A stretch of 64,000 nucleotides of DNA from Gammaproteobacteria bacterium (GTDB lineage Bacteria > Pseudomonadota > Gammaproteobacteria > UBA4575): assembly GCA_965214675.1 (NCBI GenBank), contig OZ243969.1, positions 1,666,482-1,730,481 of the forward strand. The letters run 5' to 3'. Of this stretch, positions 26,910 through 37,584 are shown one piece after another (position 1 is the first letter of the stretch; every line of letters starts with the position of its first letter). The notes under the pieces were generated by a model. The model was not told where the DNA came from. It saw nothing but the letters and a program-made list of their open reading frames with translations, and made no database searches. Made by a program: the position numbers and the translations under genes.

Positions 26910-27944
26910 ATGCAGTACGCCCCGCTTGGAAATTCCGATCTGAATGTCAGCAGGATTTGCCTGGGGACCATGACCTTCGGTGAGCAGAATACCGAAGACG
27001 AGGCCCATGACCAGTTGGACTGTGCGATTTCCAAAGGGGTCAATTTCATTGATACGGCGGAGATGTACCCGGTGCCGTGTCGCGAAGAAACGCAGGGGCT
27101 TACGGAGCAGTACATCGGTACCTGGCTGAAGAAATTCGGCCGCCGCGAGGAGCTTATCCTGGCCTCCAAAGTAGCCGGGCCGGGCATGATGGAGTATCTG
27201 CGCAACGGGCCGCAGCTTACGCCTGAACATATCGAAGCCGCACTCGAGGCGAGTCTGAAGCGTCTGCAGACGGACTACATTGACCTGTACCAGGTGCACT
27301 GGCCTGCAAGAAACACCAATTTCTTTGGCAAGCTGGGGTATGAGTCCGACCCCGAAGAGTCCGCGGTCCCGATTGAAGAGACCTACGCCTGTCTTTCCCG
27401 GGCAGTGGAACAGGGCAAGGTCCGGTATATCGGGGTCAGCAACGAGACCCCATGGGGGGTGATGCGCTACCAGGCGCTCGCCAGTGAACATGCGTGGCCA
27501 GGTGTGATCAGCGTGCAGAATCCGTACAGCCTGTTGAATCGCACCTACGAAATCGGCCTGGCTGAAATCTCCCATCGGGAAAACATCGGGCTGCTTGCCT
27601 ATTCACCGCTCGGATTTGGCGTGCTCTCGGGCAAGTACCTGGATGGCAATGCGCCTGCCGATGCCCGCCTGACCCGTTATACATACTTTGACCGCTATAC
27701 CAGTGAGGTCGCCGTGCAGGCCACCCGCGCCTATGTGGAGCTGGCGCGCGAACAGGGCCACACACCCAGCCAGATGGCCCTCGCATTTGTGAATTCACGT
27801 CCCTTCCTTGCCGCGAACATCATCGGCGCTACCCGCCTGCAACAACTGGAAGAGGATATCGACAGCATCGACCTGTCTCTCTCCGAAGAGACCCTTGGGA
27901 AAATCGAACAGCTGCACAGCCAACACCCCAATCCCTGCCCGTAA
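26910..27944 (+). CDS. tas: NADP(H)-dependent aldo/keto reductase (Tas-like)
   Basis: AKR motifs FIDTAEMY, LYQVHWP, IGVSNETPWGV; 344 aa. Confidence 0.75.
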   Translation: MQYAPLGNSDLNVSRICLGTMTFGEQNTEDEAHDQLDCAISKGVNFIDTAEMYPVPCREETQGLTEQYIGTWLKKFGRREELILASKVAGPGMMEYLRNGPQLTPEHIEAALEASLKRLQTDYIDLYQVHWPARNTNFFGKLGYESDPEESAVPIEETYACLSRAVEQGKVRYIGVSNETPWGVMRYQALASEHAWPGVISVQNPYSLLNRTYEIGLAEISHRENIGLLAYSPLGFGVLSGKYLDGNAPADARLTRYTYFDRYTSEVAVQATRAYVELAREQGHTPSQMALAFVNSRPFLAANIIGATRLQQLEEDIDSIDLSLSEETLGKIEQLHSQHPNPCP

Positions 27945-27983
27945 AGGGCGGAATGCAAGTAAAGGCACTGCGCTGTGTGTAGC

Positions 27984-28529
27984 TCAGTCCGTATCCTGAG
28001 CAAGCATGAATTCCACAGCTTCGGACAAATCCTCGAAGACCAGCATGTCACGGGGCAACTGCTTGCTGCGCGATGTAACCGACCCGTTCCCGGTTCGCAC
28101 CAGTACAGGCTCAAGACCGTAGGCCAGTGCCGCCTGAATATCGCGCAGTGAATCCCCGATCATCGGCGCCTGCGAAAGCGACAGGCCGGAACGGTGCTCG
28201 ATCTCGGCCAGCATTCCCGGATTCGGTTTGCGGCACTCACCCTCCAGATACGGACAGATGAAAATTCCGTCCAGGTAGCCTCCATAGCGCGCGAGCTCCG
28301 ATAACATTTTCCGGTGAATCTGGTTCAGGTCTCCGTAATCGAGCAGCTTGCGCGCGATTCCGGATTGGTTGGAGGCAACAAAGACCTTGACCTTGGCATG
28401 GTTCAACCGGGTAATCGCCTCAAGGCTGCCCTCGATCGCCACCCACTCCTCAGGGGACTTGATGAACTCATCCGAGTCCTCGTTGATGACGCCGTCGCGG
28501 TCAAGTACAACTATTTTCAGTGCATTCAT
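27984..28529 (-). CDS. gmhB: D,D-heptose 1,7-bisphosphate phosphatase
   Basis: HAD motif VLDRDGVIN and the Zn-binding C..C.P pattern typical of GmhB; 181 aa. Confidence 0.75.
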   Translation of the reverse strand: MNALKIVVLDRDGVINEDSDEFIKSPEEWVAIEGSLEAITRLNHAKVKVFVASNQSGIARKLLDYGDLNQIHRKMLSELARYGGYLDGIFICPYLEGECRKPNPGMLAEIEHRSGLSLSQAPMIGDSLRDIQAALAYGLEPVLVRTGNGSVTSRSKQLPRDMLVFEDLSEAVEFMLAQDTD

Positions 28530-28540
28530 CGATACGGTGT

Positions 28541-30616
28541 TCAGGTTTGCAGTCGCGAGATATCGGCAACATGCATGAACAGGGCATCTATTCTTGCCAG
28601 CAGTGCAATCCGGTTGGATTTAAGCGCCTCGTTATCATCCATGACCATGACCCGGTCAAAAAATGTATCTATCGGCTGGCGCAGCTCTGCGAGCCGAAGC
28701 AATGCCTGCTCGTATTCCCGCTGTTGGAAAAGAGTTTCGACATCACGGGAAAGTGCCTCGATGGCCCGATGCAAAGCGGTTTCTGCATCCTCCTGGAAAA
28801 GTCCTGTTTTGACAGCCCGGGCCTCGCTGGTGCCGGCTTGTTTCAGAATATTGCGGATGCGCTTGCTCGCTGCCGCCAGGGCGTCAGCCTCCTCCAGTTT
28901 GCGGAAGCGGTCCACAGCATCGATACGTGCAGCGATATCACTGGGACTGACAGGACGGTTAGCGAGCACGGCATCAATCACATCGTGTGCAATATCACGT
29001 GCGGAAAAATAGGCGTACAAGCGCTTGATCATGTACTCGTGGATTTCATGGACAACATCGTCGGTATCCGACTTCTTTGGAAACAGTGCGACGGCCTGTT
29101 TCAGGGTTGCGGGAAGATCGATGCTCAGCCCGGATTCCACCAGGATGCGTAACACGCCAAGGGCTGCGCGGCGCAGGCCATAGGGATCTTTCAGGCCGGT
29201 CGGTTTTTTTCCGATGGCAAAAATCCCGGCCAGGGTATCCAGCTTGTCAGCAATGGCGAGTACTTGTCCGGGGACACTTTGTGGCAGGTCACCGCCGGCC
29301 TGCCGCGGCAGATACTGCTCCTCAAGGGCCTGTGCAACCGCATCATTTTCCCCCTCATGCAAAGCCATGTAGCGCCCGGCAGTCCCCTGCATCTCAGGGA
29401 GCTCACCAACGATCTCGCTCAACAGGTCACACTTGCTGAGTTGGGCTGCACGCTGACAGGACTCCCTGTCTGCTCCGACTTCCTCGCCAATCTGCTGGGC
29501 CAGCTTGCCGATGCGCCGGGTCTTGTCGTACAGGCTGCCAAGTTCTTTTTCGAATACGACGGCTTTCAGTTTTTCCAGTCGGGATTCAAGCGGTCGGCTC
29601 AGATCACGTTGCCAGAAAAAGCTGGCGTCTTCAAAGCGCGGGATGATCACCTTTTCATTGCCATGGCGGACCTGCTCGGGGGCGGTGCTGTCGATATTGC
29701 TGAGCATGATGAATTTCGCCAGCAGACTTCCCGCTTGATCGACCAGGGGAATATATTTCTGCTTGTCCTGCATGGTGATGATCAGGACTTCCCGAGGGAC
29801 CTTGAGAAAGCGGTCATCGAACTCGCCCAGCAGGGCCTGCGGCCATTCCACCAGTCCGGTAATCTCATCAAGCAGGGTCTGCGTATGCACGGGTTTCGCC
29901 TTGATGCCGGCAGCGAGTGCATTCACCTGTTTGAGTATTTCTTCCTGTCGCGCGGCAAAATCGGCGAGCACATGCCCTTTGGTTTCCAGTAGCTTGCAGT
30001 ACTGCGCGGGGTTACCCACCTTGAGTGCTTTCTTGCAGTGAAACCGGTGTCCATAGGTCATGGCGCGACTGGCTACGCCAAATGCATGCACCGGTACGGA
30101 CACTGTTCCGTACACCACCACCAGCCAGCGTACCGGGCGGACAAACTCGTCATCGTCCGCATTCCAGCGCATGCGCTTTTGAACCGAGAGCTTGCTGAAA
30201 GTGGCCGCGAGCAGTTCGGGTAAAAGGGCCTGGGTCTCGAGGCCCGCCTGTTGTTCACGAAATACCAGCTTTGGCTCACCGGAGTTCGATTCGATATGCA
30301 GGTGCTCCACCTTCGTGTCACAGGCGCGTGCAAAACCGGTGGCTGCGGCCGTGGGCCGGCCGGCCTCATCAAAGGCAATGGATTTTGTTGGCCCCCATCG
30401 CTCGATGGAACGGTCCGGTTGCCGGCTATCCAGCTGCTCCACGACCACGGCCAGGCGCCGGGGGGTGCAATAGACCCTGTGTCCGCTGAAGCCCAGTGCA
30501 GCCCCGTCGATCTGCTCGCACAGGACTTCACCGAGTTCAGTGGCCTGGTTCAACACCAGCCGAGCAGGTAAGTCTTCAGTTCCAAGCTCGACCAGCAGGT
30601 CCTTCTTGACCGTCAT
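28541..30616 (-). CDS. glyS: Glycine--tRNA ligase beta subunit
   Basis: Full-length GlyS similarity. Start chosen at the internal ATG ([17 protein letters not shown]), which overlaps the glyQ stop. The track start at 30778 lies inside glyQ. Confidence 0.85.
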   Translation of the reverse strand: MTVKKDLLVELGTEDLPARLVLNQATELGEVLCEQIDGAALGFSGHRVYCTPRRLAVVVEQLDSRQPDRSIERWGPTKSIAFDEAGRPTAAATGFARACDTKVEHLHIESNSGEPKLVFREQQAGLETQALLPELLAATFSKLSVQKRMRWNADDDEFVRPVRWLVVVYGTVSVPVHAFGVASRAMTYGHRFHCKKALKVGNPAQYCKLLETKGHVLADFAARQEEILKQVNALAAGIKAKPVHTQTLLDEITGLVEWPQALLGEFDDRFLKVPREVLIITMQDKQKYIPLVDQAGSLLAKFIMLSNIDSTAPEQVRHGNEKVIIPRFEDASFFWQRDLSRPLESRLEKLKAVVFEKELGSLYDKTRRIGKLAQQIGEEVGADRESCQRAAQLSKCDLLSEIVGELPEMQGTAGRYMALHEGENDAVAQALEEQYLPRQAGGDLPQSVPGQVLAIADKLDTLAGIFAIGKKPTGLKDPYGLRRAALGVLRILVESGLSIDLPATLKQAVALFPKKSDTDDVVHEIHEYMIKRLYAYFSARDIAHDVIDAVLANRPVSPSDIAARIDAVDRFRKLEEADALAAASKRIRNILKQAGTSEARAVKTGLFQEDAETALHRAIEALSRDVETLFQQREYEQALLRLAELRQPIDTFFDRVMVMDDNEALKSNRIALLARIDALFMHVADISRLQT

Positions 30617-31533
30617 GATGCAGAAGGTTCCAGCAGCGGGAAACCCATGGCTTCGCGGCGCGCAAGATAGGCTCCGGCAACAGCCTGGGCCAGCTTGCGT
30701 ATGCGCAGGATATATTGCTGGCGCTCGGTGACCGAGATGACCTGGCGGGCGTCCAGCAGGTTGAAGGTATGCGAGCACTTCAGGACATGATCATAGGCCG
30801 CTACAGGCAACTCGAGCCCGACCAGCTTGCGGCATTCCTGTTCGCTGGACTCGAATGTCCGAAACAGCAGGTCCACGTCGGCATGTTCGAAATTATATGC
30901 GGATTGTTCGGCCTCATTTTGATGGTACAGATCACCATAGCGAAGGGTGCGTCCACCACTGCTGGTCCATTCCAGGTCATACACACTTGCAACGTTTTGC
31001 AGGTACATGGCGATTCGTTCCACACCGTACGTGATTTCGCCGGTGATCGGCTTGCAATCCAGCCCCCCGACCTGCTGGAAGTAGGTGAACTGGGAGATTT
31101 CCATGCCGTTCAGCCAGACTTCCCAGCCGAGCCCCCAAGCCCCAAGCGTAGGGGATTCCCAGTCATCTTCGACAAAGCGGATGTCGTGGATGAGCGGGTC
31201 GATGCCGAGTGCGGTCAGCGATTGCAGGTACAGGTCCTGAATGGAATCGGGTGCGGGTTTGAGTACCACCTGGAACTGAAAGTAACGCTGCAGGCGGTTC
31301 GGGTTATCGCCGTAACGGCCGTCGGTGGGCCGCCGGCAGGGCTGCGGGTAGGCGGCCCGCCAGGGCTCAGGGCCGATGGCGCGCAGGAAGGTCGCAGGAT
31401 GGAAGGAACCGGCCCCCATTTCCATATCGTAGGGCTGCTCGATCACACAGTCCTGGTCCGCCCAGAACTGTTCCAGGCTGGCAATCAGGTCCTGCAGCGA
31501 TGTGGTGTCGGGTGGTGGCATAGTCTCGATCAC
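30613..31533 (-). CDS. glyQ: Glycine--tRNA ligase alpha subunit
   Basis: Highly conserved GlyQ sequence ([23 protein letters not shown]). Confidence 0.9.
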   Translation of the reverse strand: MIETMPPPDTTSLQDLIASLEQFWADQDCVIEQPYDMEMGAGSFHPATFLRAIGPEPWRAAYPQPCRRPTDGRYGDNPNRLQRYFQFQVVLKPAPDSIQDLYLQSLTALGIDPLIHDIRFVEDDWESPTLGAWGLGWEVWLNGMEISQFTYFQQVGGLDCKPITGEITYGVERIAMYLQNVASVYDLEWTSSGGRTLRYGDLYHQNEAEQSAYNFEHADVDLLFRTFESSEQECRKLVGLELPVAAYDHVLKCSHTFNLLDARQVISVTERQQYILRIRKLAQAVAGAYLARREAMGFPLLEPSAS

Positions 31534-31741
31534 GTGCAGTGCAGGGTGAGTATACTTGCTGCACCCTGCAATTCCGAGCCGCCCATCCGGGAGAAACGCT
31601 CAGCTGTCAGGGACCGCAGACTTCACCGTCCTGGCACGAGGCCGCCGTGCCATGGAAGTGGCAGGATCCCGTTTATCGGATGAGTCGCCGGATCGCACAG
31701 GGGCTTTGAATTCCATAAAGGCCCGCCTTTGTGGGTATAAA

Positions 31742-31779
31742 TGCACCATTTTGGTGAATCAATGCATTAAATTAGTGCA
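31742..31779 (+). promoter_or_regulatory. Tandem NtrC (NRI) enhancer sites upstream of glnA
   Basis: TGCACCATTTTGGTGAA at 31742-31758 and TGCATTAAATTAGTGCA at 31763-31779 match the TGCACC-N5-GGTGCA consensus. They lie about 110-150 bp upstream of the sigma54 promoter. Confidence 0.55.
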
Positions 31780-31865
31780 TCCACAGGCCATCCCGGCACT
31801 GCCTATTCTAAAAAAGCTGCGTATAATGGCGCACTGGCTTCGTTGGAGTGCAAAATTCGGTGTTT

Positions 31866-31880
31866 TGGCACATATTGTGC
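31866..31880 (+). promoter_or_regulatory. Sigma54 (-24/-12) promoter of glnA, glnAp2-like
   Basis: TGGCACatattGTGC has the exact GG-N10-GC spacing, and sits about 90 nt upstream of the glnA ATG. Confidence 0.55.
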
Positions 31881-31969
31881 TTTAACCTACCCATGACGTT
31901 GAGAGTGTGCCGCTCACCTATCGCGATCATAAAAACAATATTTCGAGTTCGTAAGCTAAGGAGTAACCC

Positions 31970-33379
31970 ATGTCTGCAAGCGATGTTATCAAAATGATGA
32001 AGGATAACGATGTTCAGTTCGTTGATTTACGGTTCACCGATACCCGGGGAAAGGAGCAGCATGTCTCCATACCGGCCTCTGTCGCAGATGAGGATTTTTT
32101 TGAAAATGGCAAGATGTTTGACGGCTCATCCATTTCCGGCTGGAAAGGAATTAATGAGTCGGACATGGTATTGATGCCAGACCTTGGCACGGAAGTGATC
32201 GACCCGTTTTACAATGACTCGACCCTGAGCCTGCGTTGTGATGTCCTCGAACCCTCCACCATGGAAGGCTATATCCGTGACCCGAGATCCGCCGCCAAGC
32301 GTGCGGAAGCCTACCTGCGCTCCACGGGGATTGCGGACACGGCCTATTTCGGGCCCGAACCCGAGTTTTTCGTTTTCGATGACGTGAAGTGGTCGAACGA
32401 GATGTCGGGTGCCTCCTATGCGATCGACTCCGAAGAGTCAGCATGGAATTCAAACAAGGGCTACGAAGAGGGCAATATCGGCCACCGTCCAGGCGTGAAG
32501 GGCGGCTACTTCCCGGTCCCTCCAGTAGACTCCCTGCAGGATGTGCGCTCTGCAATGTGCCAGGTGCTCGCCCAGATGGGCGTTGGGGTGGAAGTTCATC
32601 ACCACGAAGTCGGCACCGCCGGGCAATGCGAAATCGGCACGCGTTTCAACACCCTCACCGTGCGTGCGGACTGGAACCAGATCCTGAAGTACGTGGTCAT
32701 GAATATTGCGCATAACTACGGTAAAACCGCGACCTTCATGCCGAAGCCGATTGTCGGCGACAACGGCAGCGGCATGCACGTGCATCAGTCCCTGTTCAAG
32801 GAGGGCGACAACCTCTTTACCGGAGACATGTACGGCGGCATGTCGCAAACAGCGTTCTACTACATCGGCGGCATCATCAAGCATGCCCGTGCGATCAATG
32901 CTTTCTCCAATGCCACCACGAACAGTTACAAGCGCCTGGTGCCCGGCTTCGAAGCCCCCGTGATGCTGGCCTACTCGGCCCGCAACCGCTCGGCGTCCAT
33001 CCGGATTCCACATGAAGCCAATGCCAAGGCGAGGCGCATCGAAGTTCGCTTCCCGGATTCTGCTGGCAATCCCTACCTGACCTATGCGGCTCTGCTGCTG
33101 GCGGGTCTTGACGGTATCCAGAACCAGATCGATCCGGGTGCTCCGATCGACAAGGATCTCTATGACCTGCCTCCCGAGGAAGAAGCCAACATTCCAACGG
33201 TGTGCGCTTCTCTTGACCAGGCACTGGAAGCCCTGGACAACGACCGCGAATTTCTCAAGGCGGGCGGAGTGTTCTCTGATGACCTGATCGACGGTTATAT
33301 CGAACTGAAGATGGAAGAGGTGACCGCGTTGCGCATGTCGACCCACCCCATCGAATTCGATATGTACTACAGCTGCTAG
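31970..33379 (+). CDS. glnA: Glutamine synthetase type I
   Basis: 469 aa, canonical GSI sequence. The adenylylation-site region and catalytic motifs are present. Confidence 0.95.
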   Translation: MSASDVIKMMKDNDVQFVDLRFTDTRGKEQHVSIPASVADEDFFENGKMFDGSSISGWKGINESDMVLMPDLGTEVIDPFYNDSTLSLRCDVLEPSTMEGYIRDPRSAAKRAEAYLRSTGIADTAYFGPEPEFFVFDDVKWSNEMSGASYAIDSEESAWNSNKGYEEGNIGHRPGVKGGYFPVPPVDSLQDVRSAMCQVLAQMGVGVEVHHHEVGTAGQCEIGTRFNTLTVRADWNQILKYVVMNIAHNYGKTATFMPKPIVGDNGSGMHVHQSLFKEGDNLFTGDMYGGMSQTAFYYIGGIIKHARAINAFSNATTNSYKRLVPGFEAPVMLAYSARNRSASIRIPHEANAKARRIEVRFPDSAGNPYLTYAALLLAGLDGIQNQIDPGAPIDKDLYDLPPEEEANIPTVCASLDQALEALDNDREFLKAGGVFSDDLIDGYIELKMEEVTALRMSTHPIEFDMYYSC

Positions 33380-33401
33380 CCGCACCCCACTCGATCTATC
33401 C

Positions 33402-33431
33402 AAAAACGCCCCGTAATGGGGCGTTTTTGTT
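33402..33431 (+). terminator. Rho-independent terminator of glnA
   Basis: AAAAACGCCCCgtaatGGGGCGTTTTTGTT, a perfect GC stem followed by a U-tract. Confidence 0.85.
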
Positions 33432-33682
33432 AGGGATTGCGCGTTAGCCCCGCTTTCCTGCGGTTTCTTTATTTTGCTCTGATATTCAGCTTTCAGGGTG
33501 CTCTTTGACTTCTAGGGGCGTATGATCAAAGCAACTTTGCACCTATTTAGTGCATTTCAAGCCCGGGCTTTCATTGGCTGCTGGTTCGACAGGCCAACGT
33601 CGCGGGTTGGACTGAAAATTGCACGGTATTTGGGAGACAGCCGCTTTTCTGCAAGGAACGACAACATCCTCGTGCACACGCT

Positions 33683-34735
33683 ATGGAAGTACAAGCCATC
33701 ATAGAGAACCTGACGCTGGCCATCGTTGTGGTCGATCAGGACCTGCGTATCCGCTATCTTAACCCGGCTGCCGAGGAGTGCCTGGGTACGGGGGTCAGGC
33801 ACGCACAGGGGCGATCGCTCACCAGTTTCATCCTGGATGTGGAAGGGGAGTTTATCGACCGCATCCGGCATTCCATTGCTACCGGGAATCCGATGACCGA
33901 GCATGAAGTCGGCGTCCGGCGACCGGGTGCGGACGAGGTCACCATCAATTGTGCCATCACCCCAGTGACCTTCGGCGAAACCAAGCAATGCCTGCTTGAG
34001 ATCACCCGCATTGATCACCTGATCCGTATATCCAGGGAAGAACACCTGCTGGCTGAGAACCTGGCGACCCAGAACATGCTGCGCGGCCTGGCCCACGAAA
34101 TTAAAAACCCGCTGGGAGGGTTGCGCGGTGCGGCGCAACTGCTCGCCAAAGAGCTCACTGAAAAGAACCTACAGATGTATACGGACGTCATCATTGGTGA
34201 GGCGGACCGCTTGCGAAAACTGGTCGACAGCATGTTCGAGCCCAAGCTCACGCCCAGCAAACAGGAGCTCAATATACATAATGTGCTGGAGCATGTGCGG
34301 CGTCTTGCGGTTGCAGAGATCCCGCACGATATCGAGATCAAGACAGACTACGACCCAAGTATCCCGACGTTGTTCGCCGATTATGATCTGCTGGTCCAGG
34401 CGGTATTGAACATTGTCGGAAATGCAGTCCGTGCTGTGGGACTGCAAGGCGAGGTCCGCCTCAAGACCCGGGTGCTGCGGCAATTCACAATCGGGGAAAC
34501 CTGTCATCGACTGGTCGTACTGGTCAGCGTGACAGACAATGGCTGCGGTATACCGGAAGACCTGAAATCGCAGATTTTTTTTCCGATGATCTCGGGAAGC
34601 GCCGAGGGTACCGGCCTGGGTTTGCCCATTGCCCAGAGCCTGGTGCATTTGCATGGGGGCCTGATCGAGTTTGATTCCGATCCCGGCCTGACGGAGTTTC
34701 GTGTGTTGCTGCCCTTGAACGGCACTGCGAATTGA
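33683..34735 (+). CDS. glnL: Nitrogen regulation sensor histidine kinase NtrB
   Basis: PAS-like N-terminus, H-box LAHEIKNPLGG, and N/G1/G2 ATPase boxes. It lies between glnA and ntrC. Confidence 0.85.
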   Translation: MEVQAIIENLTLAIVVVDQDLRIRYLNPAAEECLGTGVRHAQGRSLTSFILDVEGEFIDRIRHSIATGNPMTEHEVGVRRPGADEVTINCAITPVTFGETKQCLLEITRIDHLIRISREEHLLAENLATQNMLRGLAHEIKNPLGGLRGAAQLLAKELTEKNLQMYTDVIIGEADRLRKLVDSMFEPKLTPSKQELNIHNVLEHVRRLAVAEIPHDIEIKTDYDPSIPTLFADYDLLVQAVLNIVGNAVRAVGLQGEVRLKTRVLRQFTIGETCHRLVVLVSVTDNGCGIPEDLKSQIFFPMISGSAEGTGLGLPIAQSLVHLHGGLIEFDSDPGLTEFRVLLPLNGTAN

Positions 34736-34760
34736 TGGCTACAAAACAGGAAGAGATGTT

Positions 34761-36170
34761 ATGAGTGATGCCAATGTTTGGATTGTCGATGATGACCAGG
34801 CCATGCGCTGGGTGCTGGAGCGTGCCTTCGAAAAGGCTGGAATTCCCGTGACGGCTTTCGAGTCCGCAGGGGCCGCTTTACGCACACTGGAGCATCATGT
34901 GCCCGCTGCGATCCTCACAGATGTACGCATGCCCGGAATGGACGGCTTTGAATTTCTGGAACGAATCAAGACGGACCACCCGAAATTGCCGATCATCATC
35001 ATGACTGCCCACTCGGACTTGCAAAGCGCTGTTGGCGCCTACGAGAAGGGTGCTTTCGATTATCTGCCCAAGCCCTTTGATGTAGACGAGGCGGTCGAAC
35101 TCGCCCGTCGCGCCTGCCTGGCAGCCGGTGGTGGAGTGGCGATGACGACCACTGATGATACCGTTTCCGAGCAGCCGGCAAGAATCATCGGCAAGTCACC
35201 GGCCATGCAGGAGGTGTTTCGCGCGATTGGCCGCTTATCAAACTCCAGCATGACCGTGCTCATCAACGGGGCGTCCGGTACGGGAAAGGAATTGGTCGCA
35301 CAAGAGCTGCATGAACACAGTCCGCGGGCCCTTGGGCCATTTGTCGCACTGAATATGGCTGCCATCCCGCGCGATTTGCTCGAAGCGGAACTTTTCGGCC
35401 ATGAGAAGGGTGTCTTTACGGGAGCCCTGGCCATGCGCAAGGGTCGTTTCGAACAAGCGCACAAGGGCACCCTGTTCCTGGATGAAATTGGTGACATGCC
35501 CGCGGATTTGCAAACGCGGTTGTTACGCATCCTGTCGGACGGACACTACTACCGGATCGGAGGTCATGATCCGATCCAGGCCGATGCGCGGATCATTGCG
35601 GCAACACACCAGGACCTGGAAGGACGGGTCCGCAAAGGGGAGTTTCGAGAAGACCTGTACCATCGTCTGAATGTGATTCGCGTCAATATTCCACCCTTGA
35701 ATGAACGCAGCGAAGACATTCCAGTGCTGTTGCAGCATTTCATGCAGGCTTCTGCAAGGGAGCTCGGGACTGAGCCAAAACAGCTGATGGCAGATGTGGT
35801 TCAGTACCTGTGCACGTTGCGTTGGCCAGGGAATGTCAGGCAACTGGAGAATATGTGTCGCTGGCTGACAGTGATGGCGGCCGGCAACGAAATTCACCTG
35901 CAGGATCTGCCGGCAGAAATGCTCAAGGATGAAATTGCCGACGCGGCGAACTGGCAAACCCAGTTACGCGATTGGGCGGACAGGGAATTTTCCAAAGGCG
36001 GTGATGCCATCTGGAACCGGGCCTTGCCGGAATTTGAGGCCATCATGATCGAGGCGGCAATGAAAAATACCGGCGGCCGACGCCAGAAAGCGGCGAAGCT
36101 TCTGGGTTGGGGAAGGAATACGCTGACGCGAAAGATCCAGGAGCTGGGGTTGTTTGAAAAGATTCAGTGA
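34761..36170 (+). CDS. glnG: Nitrogen regulation response regulator NtrC (sigma54 activator)
   Basis: Receiver domain, AAA+ domain with GESGTGKE-like Walker A (GASGTGKE) and GAFTGA-like loop (GVFTGA), and a C-terminal Fis-type HTH. Confidence 0.9.
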   Translation: MSDANVWIVDDDQAMRWVLERAFEKAGIPVTAFESAGAALRTLEHHVPAAILTDVRMPGMDGFEFLERIKTDHPKLPIIIMTAHSDLQSAVGAYEKGAFDYLPKPFDVDEAVELARRACLAAGGGVAMTTTDDTVSEQPARIIGKSPAMQEVFRAIGRLSNSSMTVLINGASGTGKELVAQELHEHSPRALGPFVALNMAAIPRDLLEAELFGHEKGVFTGALAMRKGRFEQAHKGTLFLDEIGDMPADLQTRLLRILSDGHYYRIGGHDPIQADARIIAATHQDLEGRVRKGEFREDLYHRLNVIRVNIPPLNERSEDIPVLLQHFMQASARELGTEPKQLMADVVQYLCTLRWPGNVRQLENMCRWLTVMAAGNEIHLQDLPAEMLKDEIADAANWQTQLRDWADREFSKGGDAIWNRALPEFEAIMIEAAMKNTGGRRQKAAKLLGWGRNTLTRKIQELGLFEKIQ

Positions 36171-37237
36171 CCTGGTGGCGTCAGGCAATTTTGAAACGAT
36201 GCCGCGATATCGTGCAGGATTGTGAAATATGCGTCGGGTCCATCTTCGACTGCTACACCAAGAGGGTCGAGAACACCAATGCGGGCCTGCGTGTTTTCGG
36301 TAATCACCTCTACGAGACGGGTGTCGAACTGGGGTTCTGAAAATACACATATTGCGCCTAATTCCCTGACCCTGTTTCTAAGTTCCCGTATACGAAGCGC
36401 ACTCGGTGAGTGTTCCGAGCCAACGATGATCGAGCCGGCTGCACTCAGGCCGAAGCGGTCCTCGAAATACTGGTAGGCATCATGCAGTACGACGAAAGGC
36501 TTCTGGCGTACCGGTAACAGGGCTGCGTCGATTGCCGCGCCCAGTTCCTCAAGCTTGTGCAGGAGTACCCGGGTGTTGGCTGCATAAATCTCGGCATGGG
36601 CGGGGTCGACCTCGGCCAGGGCCGAAGCAATACTGCGTGCCATGGCTGCCGCATTCACCGGATCAAGCCAGATGTGCATGTCGTAGGATCCCTCTGAGAG
36701 GTGCACGTCCTCGTGATGATCATCTTCAGGATGCTCATGGGCGTGTCCGGTTTCATGGTCGTGGGCCTCAAATGTGCCGCCCTCGCGCAGTCGTTTAAAT
36801 ACCAGCCCCTCGGCATCGGAAAGCATGACCACACGGGCATTGGCTGCGAGCGTGTTGACCGGCTTGGCAAGTGAAACTTCCATGGACTTGTCTACCAGGA
36901 ATACGATCCGAGCGCTCTTGAGTCGTACGGCATCCGAAGGGCGCAGGCTGAAAGTGTGCGGAGAGGTAGCCCCCCTGATCATCAGGTAAGGCTCGTCCAC
37001 TCCAGCCATGACCGCACTCACCAGGGAATGCACCGGTTTAATCGAAGTGATCACGCTGTCGTCGGCAGCCGTTGGCGCCGATATGGAAGGGCTACTGCCA
37101 AATATCATGACGATGGCAAGTACGGTAGACAGGAACCATCGTGCACGGAGTATCTGCTTGGTAGAGGTTGCTTTGCACAGACTGGCTGCTGCAATGAAAC
37201 GCCTGGAGTTGGCTTGGCAAACGGTGGGCAAGTTCAT
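36164..37237 (-). CDS. znuA: Zinc ABC transporter periplasmic binding protein (ZnuA/TroA family) with a His-rich loop
   Basis: Cluster-9 SBP similarity and a His/Asp/Glu loop (EAHDHETGHAHEHPEDDHHEDVH). Confidence 0.75.
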   Translation of the reverse strand: MNLPTVCQANSRRFIAAASLCKATSTKQILRARWFLSTVLAIVMIFGSSPSISAPTAADDSVITSIKPVHSLVSAVMAGVDEPYLMIRGATSPHTFSLRPSDAVRLKSARIVFLVDKSMEVSLAKPVNTLAANARVVMLSDAEGLVFKRLREGGTFEAHDHETGHAHEHPEDDHHEDVHLSEGSYDMHIWLDPVNAAAMARSIASALAEVDPAHAEIYAANTRVLLHKLEELGAAIDAALLPVRQKPFVVLHDAYQYFEDRFGLSAAGSIIVGSEHSPSALRIRELRNRVRELGAICVFSEPQFDTRLVEVITENTQARIGVLDPLGVAVEDGPDAYFTILHDIAASFQNCLTPPGH

Positions 37238-37257
37238 AGGGAGACCGAATCCTTAAT

Positions 37258-37277
37258 TGATATAATATAACTTATCA
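37258..37277 (-). promoter_or_regulatory. Zur-box-like AT-rich palindrome in the znuA promoter
   Basis: TTGATATAATATAACTTATCA sits about 20 bp upstream of the znuA start and resembles the 7-1-7 Zur box and a -10 element. Confidence 0.45.
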
Positions 37278-37584
37278 TATATTGCCCCTGTAAGGCGACT
37301 GGGTTCGTAACCTTGTGCAGAGGGCTCTCAATCAGGAATCCGCCGATGATCAGCAAGGACCAAATAACACGCCGGATATTGTTGCTATAGGCCTTGCTGG
37401 CATTTTGTCCATGCGCAAATTCACCGTGGGTATCACTCATTGGTGGTATCCCGGACTATTCACTGGTGTCAGCAAGGAGGGAATGTAATGCAGGAATGGA
37501 TTCTTAAATCCGGGAATACCCGGCGCCCGTTTGGATATCCAGTCCGACTGCGGTGGTGTTGTGCAGGATCGCGGGCACGACACC

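Noticed and set aside
30715-31683. 322-aa plus-strand ORF
   Set aside because: Antisense to glyQ, one of the most conserved proteins in the window.
32450-33403. 317-aa minus-strand ORF
   Set aside because: Antisense to glnA.
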